Shown: piece after piece, positions 54,803 to 64,000 of the stretch
Position numbering within the stretch: the first letter of the stretch is position 1
Layout: each line of letters opens with the position of its first letter
Source of the DNA: Octopus sinensis
Lineage: Eukaryota
NCBI RefSeq assembly: GCF_006345805.1
Contig: NC_043008.1
Span: forward strand, 64,976,001 to 65,040,000
Reading direction: 5' to 3'
Length of the DNA stretch: 64,000 nt
Position numbers and translations under genes: made by a program
Notes under the pieces: model-generated
What the model saw: the letters and a program-made list of their open reading frames with translations, nothing else
Databases searched by the model: none
Told to the model about the DNA's origin: nothing

Positions 54803-54893
54803 TTTTAGCTGATGAGTACGGGACTCGTTTATATGCTGTAATCTTTGCAACTTTTAATAAAACCTGTCCTTGTATGAAACGATCGTACTAAAA
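54803..54893 (+). ncRNA. Type I hammerhead ribozyme with 60-nt stem II domain
   Basis: TTTTAG-CTGATGA-GTACGGGAC...GTCCTTGTAT-GAAA-CGATCG-TA-CTAAAA. Perfect 6-bp stem I, palindromic stem III ACGATCGT; predicted cleavage after 54887. Confidence 0.85.
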
Positions 54894-55216
54894 AACCTAT
54901 CATTCTTGTTGCTTCTTATATATATATATATATATATACAATATATACATACATACATTCATACATTCATATATAGTGTTGATATAGTACATATATACAT
55001 ATACATATATGTATATATATACCTATATACATATAATATATATATATATATATTGATTAATTAGAATTTTCTGGTTAATTCCGTAATGGAATCGGCGGCT
55101 TATATTGCTGCCGATAAATTTGGCGCGAGTGCGATGATTTGAAAATTTTAGGTCAGATATTGCCGAGGCAGTGATAGGAGTGCCTACGTGTAAAAATATC
55201 TGCTCCGATCTGGCTG

Positions 55217-55316
55217 TTCTTACTGACGAATCTATCGGCCTATGGAAGACTAGCTTGATTTAATTTAATCAGGTTAGTTTACCATTAAACTAGATGAACG
55301 GTGCATCGTATAAGGA
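55217..55316 (+). ncRNA. Hammerhead ribozyme copy in unit 1 with one A missing from GAAA
   Basis: Same fold as 55698-55800 but reads TAGAT-GAA-CGGTGCATCG-TA. This is either a mutation or a homopolymer assembly error. Confidence 0.55.
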
Positions 55317-55697
55317 ACTACAGGGTAAATGTTTTTTTAATTTTCTCCTGGTTTGCGGAATTGATGTTGTTTTGCGGTTGAAGCTTTGGCTGTTATTTCT
55401 AGTGGGTGAATGGCCTATTATGGCCGTTCCTTGATTGTGATGTTGAATTTATAAATGGTCTATGACTATTTAATTATTTTCCGACTAGGCCGCTGGTGGC
55501 AAAAAAATTCTACGAAATTTTTTGCCACCCTATATTGATTAATTATGAATTTTCTGGTTAATTCCGTAATGGAATCGGCGGCTTATATTTGCTGCCGATA
55601 AATTTGGCGCGAGTGCGATGATTTGAAAATTTTAGGTCAGATATTGCCGAGGCAGTGATAGGAGTGCCTCGTGTAAATATCTGCTCCGATCTGGCTG

Positions 55698-55800
55698 TTC
55701 TTACTGACGAATCTATCGGCCTATGGAAGACTAGCTTGATTTAATTTAATCAGGTTAGTTTACCATTAAACAATAGATGAAACGGTGCATCGTATAAGGA
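55698..55800 (+). ncRNA. Type I hammerhead ribozyme with 68-nt stem II domain (intact core)
   Basis: TTCTTA-CTGACGA-ATCTAT...ATAGAT-GAAA-CGGTGCATCG-TA-TAAGGA. Stem I 6 bp, stem II base 6 bp, near-palindromic stem III; predicted cleavage after 55794. Confidence 0.8.
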
Positions 55801-57318
55801 ACTACAGGGTAAATGTTTTTTTAATTTTCTCCTGGTTTGCGGAATTGATGTTGTTTTGCGGTTGAAGCTTTGGCTGTTATTTCTAGTGGGTGAATGGCCT
55901 ATTATGGCCGTTCCTTGATTGTGATGTTGAATTTATAAATGGTCTATGACTATTTAATTTTTTCCCACTAGGCCGCTGGTGGCAAAATAATTCTACGAAA
56001 TGTTTTGCCACCCTATATTGATTAAGTATATATATATATATATATACACACATAAATATACATATATATATATACATATATAAATCTGGAGATTCTACTA
56101 GAGTAGATGCAAACGCCAATATATGATTTATAAAAGCACGTGACATATTTATAAAAATCTGTAAATGTACAACCATCCAGATTTCTGAGTACCTTATTTT
56201 TTCGAATATATATATATTATATATATATATATGTGTGTGTGTGTGCGTGTGTGTGTGTGCGTGTGTGTGTGTGTGTGTGTGTTGAGTATGCGTGCGTGTG
56301 TATGTGTGAGTGTGTGTGTGTGTATAAGTGTGACTTATAATTTCGATATTTATGATTATGATAATAATAAACATTACTATAAAGCTTATCATGATTATGA
56401 CTATTATCATTGTGTATATTATGATCGTACTTGTAATACTCACGATTATTGTAATTCTAATATCGGTGATCGTAATTATTTTCCTGTCGAACAGTTACAA
56501 CATCCTAAGGTTCGATCTTTAGTAACTCACATTTACATAAAAGAAATTTACGACAACGAAGGGTAAATCTATTTGGCATCAGTTAAAGTCATTTCTAAAA
56601 CATACGACTTAAACGGATAAGGAAATAAATAAATGAAACAAGGTTTTAATAAGCTAATTCTTCTTTTATGATGTTGTTTAACATAGTCAACTGACAGACA
56701 AACCATCAATAATTTTACATTAATCCCCAAGATCATTGACCTATTGAACTTTTTTCAGTTAATTGTGATTAATGTCAGATCTACTGTCGGTACAAAATCA
56801 GTCTATATTAACAGTACACCCTTTGTTCAAGCTACACATATGCATTCACATAAGACGTAAACTGATTAGAGAATATTGTTTATATACAAGGATAAGATGT
56901 ATACATACGAACCTATGTATATATATATATATATACACGCACATATATATATAAATGTATATGTATGTATTATCTATTATTTGAATATGTATATTTGTGT
57001 ACTTATAATTACGCATACATGTGTATGTTTCTCTATATGTTTGTAAACTAGGAGGCATAATCACATACGCTCGTACATATGTATACAGAGTCATTTAATT
57101 AGGATTATAGATATATATTTTAATTTGTTTATATTGTGGTATTACATACATCATGTGTATAAGTTATTTCAATAATCGTATCAGTTTTTTTAATGTATAT
57201 TGCGATCGAATATTTTAATTTCATCTTTGATATCTATGTATCATTTAATCTTTTCCTTTCATATACATCTTAAATACGGCGTTTCTTCCTTTCTTTCCTT
57301 ATGTCTCACTACTTATGT

Positions 57319-57361
<43 letters not shown>

Positions 57362-57595
57362 CATGCGCAGACGTTTGAACAAAAGGCATACAATTATATA
57401 TCCCCATATATTCATATATGAATATATATGAATGCGTATAGAAATATGGCTTCTTTTGTGTGTGAGTGCCTATCTGTGTGTTTGTGTATGTTTGTATGTA
57501 TATTGATTCTATATCAGCAGAACCTCGGTTTTCTAACAAGTCTGATCACGAATAACTCGTACTTTATCTCCTGTCTTTCTCATATTCATTTAATG

Positions 57596-57718
57596 CAGTA
57601 GTGCCACGGTTTACGAACGCCTCTGATCACGAATAAATCGTGCTTATATCTATCTATCTATCTATCTATCTATATATCTATCTATCTATCTATCTATCTA
57701 TCATTCTATCTATCTATG

Positions 57719-57749
<31 letters not shown>

Positions 57750-57778
57750 ATATCTATCTATCTATCTATCTATCTGTC

Positions 57779-57838
<60 letters not shown>

Positions 57839-57886
57839 GGACGATTTAACCGCGATCAGAGTTGTTCGAAAACTGAGGCAGTACTG
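57596..57886. mobile_element. Tigger/pogo-like MITE with 46-bp TIRs, interior occupied by microsatellites
   Basis: Left CAGTAGTGCCACGGTTTACGAACGCCTCTGATCACGAATAAATCGT versus reverse-complemented right end: 37/46 identical. TA follows the right end. Confidence 0.55.
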
Positions 57887-59021
57887 TATATGACGGTGTT
57901 TAATTTGCTTGGATTTACGGTAATATGCTTGTAAGTTGGATTTTGAGCAAGCAGGCCATGTAATTTCCCTTTAAGGAAATCAGATCAATGCTGCTGTATA
58001 CCAGGGGTATTTGAAAGATGTATAACATTTTCCTTTCATGTTAGTCTTTAATTCTTCCAGAACGTGTTTGCTATTTTGTCATGGATATATTATAATATAT
58101 GTCTGAGTGTATATATATGTGGTACCGCCTTGAAGAAGTGTATTCGAACAAATCCACTCCAGGAATTCAAGTTTTTAAACTTAGAGCTCATTCTATCGTT
58201 AAACGAACCGACGCCGATTGTCAAGCGTTGACAGTGAGCAGCAAAAACTGACACAAAGGCACACATATGAGTATATATATATATAATATATATATATATA
58301 TGTACACACACATACACACACGAACAAACGACGACCTTCTTGTAGTTTTCCTCTACCAGATGCTCTGGGCCCGAGGCTATAGTAGAAGACACATGCCCAT
58401 GTTGTTATGCAGTGGGGTTGGACCCCGAAACATGTCAGAAGGAAGTAATTAGGGATACTTTGCTGTACACAACAGTCAAGTTACGAAGATTTGAAGGCAA
58501 CGAATGAAGAGAAATGCACACGAAATGTTTATTGATATTTGCGATTCCATTGCTTCTTGTTATTAGCAGTTCATTGAGAACTGCCATCAGTTTGAATGCA
58601 GGCGTTCATAAGATAAAATTGTGTTTGTAGATCCTATTAAATTTTGAAAGGAAATATATTTTAATAAATAATCACATTATAACACTGACTTCAATGTGTG
58701 TACATATTTTGGTAGGATATTTTGTATTTATGATAGATTACTTTCCATTTTATATCTGTTTAAAGGTCACGTCAACTCTAAGAAATTTGATTTTATTTAG
58801 TATCACAATTTTACAGCAGGTCAAAATACCAAAATTATTCTCACGTATCTTAAATTTCCCAACATACACGAACGCGATCGCACTAGGGCAAACAAACAAA
58901 CAAATATGTATTTGCAATTATGTGTACATGCATATATACAAACATGAATGGGTATATAAATACATAATGCATGGAATTTATCAGCGCTGTTAGAGAGTTG
59001 TCACTATGAAAAGCGGGAGAA

Positions 59022-59455
59022 GGCGGCGAGCTGGCAGAAACGTTAGCACGCCGGATGAAATACTTAGTGGCATTTCGTCTGAATTTACGTTCTGAGTTCA
59101 AATTCCGCCGAGGTCGATTTTGCCTTTCATCCTTTATTGGTCGATAAATTAAGTACCAGTCAGACACTGGGGTCGAAGTAATCGACTTAATGCCTTTGTC
59201 TGTCTTTGTTTGTCCCCTCTATGTTTAGCTCCTTGTGGGCAATAAAGAAATAAGAAGCGTTAGCACGCCGGGCGAAATGATTATCGGTATATCGTATGTC
59301 TTTACGTTCTGAGTTCAAATTCTGCCGAGGTCGACTTTACCTTTCATCCTTCCGGGATCGATAAATTAAGTAGCAGTTGCGTACTGGGGTCGATCCAGTC
59401 GACTGGCCCCCACCCTTCCCCAAAATTTCGTGCCTTGTGCCTAGAGTAAAAAGGA
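59022..59455 (+). mobile_element. SINE family C dimer
   Basis: Head at 59022; a second, head-truncated copy starts at ~59256. Confidence 0.8.
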
Positions 59456-60062
59456 AAAAAGTACGATTAGCGGGTTATATTCTAAGTTACTGCGTTCTAA
59501 GTTCAAGTCCCACTGAAGAAAAATTTCCACTCATCGTTCTTAGAATGTGTAATACATTGCTTTCTATTCATAGGTATTTATATATATACACATACATTTA
59601 TGTATATTAGCTGGGCCCATAAAAAGTTCACAGAAAATTTTAAAAAATGTAAGCAATTGCAAATTGTGTGCTGATGCCATGAGAAATATTTCTATATTGT
59701 GACAGTTAGAGAATATAGAAGGAAGCATAAAACCGCTAACTATACAATCAAAATATCTCAGTTGCCCAAACGTAAACAGAATTACTATTTAGCCTTAAAA
59801 TATATCGTACATATTCAAAAAAACCTTCTTAGTTTAGTGATACGGAACGTTCTTCTGGTATTCTTTTATTCTTTCACTTGCTTAGGTCATTTGACAGTGG
59901 ACATGCTGGAGCACCGCCCTTTAGTCGAAGAAATTAACCCCAGGACTTATTCCCTGTAAGCCTGGTGCTTATTCTATCAACGTCTTATGACGAACAGCTA
60001 AGTTACGGGAACGCCAACACACAAATATTATATATAAATATATATAAATATATAAATAAATA

Positions 60063-60134
<72 letters not shown>

Positions 60135-60733
60135 ATATATATATATGACTGGCTTCTCTCAGTTTCCGTCTACCAAATTCACTCCGAGGCTATAACAGAA
60201 AACACTCTTTAAACTATAGAGTTAAATTTCGTGTAGCCATCTGTTGGCAAATTTCTCACCTACCCTACCCATTTTGTCAGGAGTGTTACCCTTTTTTCTG
60301 CGCTCTTTTCAAAGCTATACTCCGTTCAAAATTTGCATTAGATTTTGTATGAAGAAAGAAAAGGAAGGGAGCGAGGCTTGTTTGTAGTTTGTAGAGAACA
60401 CGTTAAACGTGCCTGAACAAACAACATAATCTTCCCCCTCCCCAAATTAAAGACACGAAGAACTATGAAAGAAGGCGAATAAATACCGGGCTGGGGGAAA
60501 GAAGATAGACCTAATAGTCGATCGTTCTTGGACTCCTAGAACAAAAACGTAAAGACCTGAAAAACTTTCCTTCTATTCATTACTAAATGTCTTTCCCCCT
60601 ATTGCATTGTTAAAAGTAAAGAAGCTAGAAAAGATCAATAATTTTCAGTCTAATTATCATTTTAAATGACTGAGGCTTTCCTTTCTCTGTCTCTATTGTT
60701 TCACTCCTTGTCTCTATGGTTAAGACAGTGAAT

Positions 60734-61047
60734 GAGCGTGGCTCAGTGGTTAGGGTATTCGCCCCACGATCATAAAGTCGTGTGTACGATTCCCAGCGGT
60801 GCGCTGATTTTGAGCTAGGTACTCTTCTTCACCTTGCTGCAGTCCACTCAGCTGGCAAAAATAAGTTGTAGCTGTAAATCAATGGAGCCAGCCTTGTCAC
60901 ACTCTGTATGAGGCTGAATGTCCCTGAGAACGACCTCATGGTAATCATGTCTGTGGAGTACTCAGCCTCTTGCGCATTAATTTTACGAGCAGATTGTTCG
61001 TTGACCAGATAAACAGGAACATCATCGTCGTAACCGACGGAGTGCCA
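60734..61047 (+). mobile_element. tRNA-derived SINE, family A, near full length
   Basis: A-box-like TGGCTCAGTGG, B-box-like GTACGATTCCC, body GCCAGCCTTGTCACAC, and end GTCGTAACCGACGGAGTGCCA. Partial copies at ~33735-33910, ~3630-3712 and ~61345-61470. Confidence 0.75.
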
Positions 61048-61738
61048 TTTTTAAGTAAGACTGAAAGAGAAGGAAATGTTCTATATCGTAAGGCAAAAAT
61101 GCCATGCGTTTAGTATAAACATTGAAAGCTAAGGCGAAATGATTGTTATTCCGCCGTGTATTCGCCCTCGATTCTCGCTCAATTTCATAATAACAGCCAA
61201 CGAATCGTTGTTTATCTGGTGGCTTGGCCTCCAGATCTGTGAGACCCACAAATGCCGCTGTTAGGACCGGATTAATACCCATAATGACACGACTAAAAAG
61301 TTTTTTTCCTTTTCTTCCAACGACCTGAAGGTTTATCTTGCCCCAGTCCACTCAGCTGGCCAAAATGAGTTGTAGCTGTAATTCAAAGGGGCAGCCTTGT
61401 CATATCCTTGAGAACTACGTTAATGATATGCATGTATGTAGAGTACTCACCCACTTATGAGTTAATTTTATCTTTGTGTGGTAATAAAAATTGAAAGTGA
61501 CGTACAATATTTGCTGTGTCAATGTATCTATGTATCAGCGTTTATTTCGATCTATGCATCTACCGCCTCTCTCATTTTCTCTCTTTCTCTTTCATTTCCT
61601 ATGTGTCCCTCCTCTCCCCCACTTTTAATTTAGCAATGTCTGTATGTATCTATAATCTGCTTTTCTTGAGATGTGATACACATTTAAAATCGCAAAACAA
61701 ACGATGCCACCACTCACCGTCACTTTCACTCAGATAGT

Positions 61739-61816
<78 letters not shown>

Positions 61817-62358
61817 AAGGGATACATACAAACACACATACATGCATACATACATACATACATACATACATACATACATACATACATACATACATACATA
61901 CATACATACATACATACATACATCTCAATGAGCATTTGTTCAGTACAGAAGTATATTTACTGAGAACATTGTGTTAACCAGTATTCTCAACTGGATATTT
62001 ATTATAATGATTATCATAATAATTATGGTTATTTATAATTATATAAGTAGCTCACTTGTAATATTAATAGTAATGAAATAACGATAAACAATATTACAGT
62101 CATTTTGTAATAGCAGCGAATAAAATTACACAGCAACTACAAAATAAGTGCACCTTTTCATTGCCATGTAGTGTAATATTATAGTATATTTATTTTGTTA
62201 TTAATTCAAGGAAGGTATTAAGAGAACGTTTTATAAAGAACTGAATTCTAATAAGATTATTAATTTTCACTGAATTAAATGACGCATTAGAAATTCCATT
62301 AAATTAAAAGGAGCATTACAAATATAATTCCTTACATTCTTGTTGGTAAAACCTATTC

Positions 62359-62545
62359 AGGCACAGGAGTGGTTGTGTGGTACGTAGCTTGCTTACCAAC
62401 CACATGGTTCCGGGTTCAGTCCCACTGCGTGGCACCTTGGCCAGGCATCTTCTACTATAGCCTCGGGCCGACCAAAGCCTTATGAGTGGATTTGGTAGAC
62501 GGAAACCGAAAGAAGCCCGTAGTATATATGTATGTATATATATAT

Positions 62546-62606
<61 letters not shown>

Positions 62607-62773
62607 TTGTGTGTGTGTGTTTGTCCCCCCAACATCGCTTGACAACCGATGGTGGTGTGCTTACGTTCGGCGAAAGAGACCGGTAGAATAAGTCTAGTCT
62701 TACAAAGAATAAAGGCGGTGCTCCAGCATGGCCGCAATAAAATGACTGAAGCAAGTAAATGAATAAAATAGAG
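62359..62773 (+). mobile_element. SINE family B, full length
   Basis: Same organisation as 16398-16853, with small internal deletions. Confidence 0.85.
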
Positions 62774-62886
62774 GAAAGGGGAAGTCGACATACAAAACAT
62801 ATTCTGTTTCAAAGGAAGATCTCTTCGCTCCTTAACTTGTACATATATCGATAGACAGATATATACATATATATATATATATATTC

Positions 62887-62946
<60 letters not shown>

Positions 62947-63053
62947 CAGAGAGAGAAAGCGAGTGAGAGAGAGAGAAAGACAGGCTGACAGATGGAATGA
63001 TAGATAGATAGATAAATAGATTGATAGATAGATTGGTAGATAGATAGATAGAG

Positions 63054-63146
<93 letters not shown>

Positions 63147-63238
63147 CATTGGCTTGTGTGCGCATACAAAGAGAGAAATAGACAGAACAGCAAAGGAATT
63201 CTCATGTTAGTATGAAATTTATGCAGCAGTTATTCTCT

Positions 63239-64000
63239 TACGAAGTCCATCTGAAAATTCAATAAGCTGACCAAGATACTCTCATGAAATGTATCCAAAT
63301 TACGTTTATTTTTCAACATAGGCTCTCTTCCGATCCAAGAACATCTTTCATCGGTGTTGTAGTGTTTCGATCCCATTGATAAAGATTTCATCCTGTTAGT
63401 CAAAAACAGTCATCAACGGCAGACATGATACCATCATTACTTTAAAACTGGTCTATAGCCAAGTGTTTTTGTTTTTTTATGTTAGGGAACATGATAGGGA
63501 GATGGGGTCACATTAGGAAAATGAGGAGAATCAACCTGTTCAAGATACAGTACCTTTTGGAACCAAGGACGTTTGGATGGAGCATTGTCCTGATGAAACA
63601 TGATGCCTTTTGTCAGTCTTTCTGGCCATTTGGTCTTGATGGACTTTCTTAACTACCTCAATGGGTTGGGAGCGCACTCTTCATCGAAAAGAGTCTTTTT
63701 GAAAAGAGTCAACAAAAAAAAATGTCTTTTGCATTCTAAAAAGTGAAGCCATCACTTCCCTGCACAAGAAACAAGCGTTATCTTGTTTGGAGTAGGTGAA
63801 GTGGTGTGTTTCCTTCAAGCAAAACAGCTGGATGCCTTAATGCCAAATTTCTCTGTAATGTAATCAGCCTAGTGCGCCTTTGATCAGGTGTCAGAAGACG
63901 TGGCACCCACCTAAGAGAAACTTTTGTCATACCAAGTTTATTTTGCAGAATATTCTAAACTCTGATACGGGATATACTAATAGCATTGGCTATTTGATTT
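63239..64000 (-). pseudogene. Decayed mariner transposase 3' part, running off the window
   Basis: Minus strand gives GIMFHQDNAP (~63590-63610) and the C-terminal DEIFINGIETLQHR*KMFLDRKRAYVEK*. A TIR-like TACGAAGTCCATCTGAAAA starts at 63239. Confidence 0.75.

Larger units (their letters stand above)
53909..54917. mobile_element. ~1 kb palindromic element: ~410 bp inverted arms and a 187 bp spacer, with an outward-facing HHR in each arm
   Basis: 53909-54317 is the reverse complement of 54505-54917, with roughly a dozen small differences. GCTATTCAC is directly repeated at the inner junction (54482 and 54502). The right end abuts (TA)n. Confidence 0.9.
55049..56025 (+). mobile_element. ORF-less HHR-bearing tandem dimer (~482 bp units), retrozyme-like, inside (TA)n
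   Basis: TATTGATTAA begins at 55051, 55533 and 56016. The two units differ mainly by small indels. One HHR per unit; a subterminal hairpin GGTGGCAAAAAA...TTTTTTGCCACC; (TA)n on both flanks. Confidence 0.85.

Overview
AT-rich, microsatellite-dense eukaryotic DNA that appears intergenic or intronic. The recurring tRNA-derived SINE families suggest an octopus/coleoid cephalopod genome; this is inference, not a database hit. No host gene could be recognised with confidence, and most ORFs in the supplied track are microsatellite artefacts. Recognisable content: three SINE families; decayed Tigger/pogo and mariner transposons; Helentron-like non-autonomous elements; three R4/Dong-like non-LTR fragments, one embedded in (AAT)n; and Penelope-like element (PLE) relics (a GIY-YIG endonuclease ORF at 53163-53624 and an RT relic near 29.4-30.5 kb). 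The most striking signal is a set of ORF-less elements carrying minimal type I hammerhead ribozymes (HHRs). They occur as tandem monomers (559 bp and ~482 bp units), as a ~1 kb palindrome with two outward-facing HHRs, and as elements with 5' inverted end copies, mostly sitting in (TA)n arrays. Each family has its own self-complementary stem III, and several have an unusually enlarged stem II. They look like retrozyme-like, PLE-mobilised RNAs. All HHR folds were paired by eye and none has been tested for activity.
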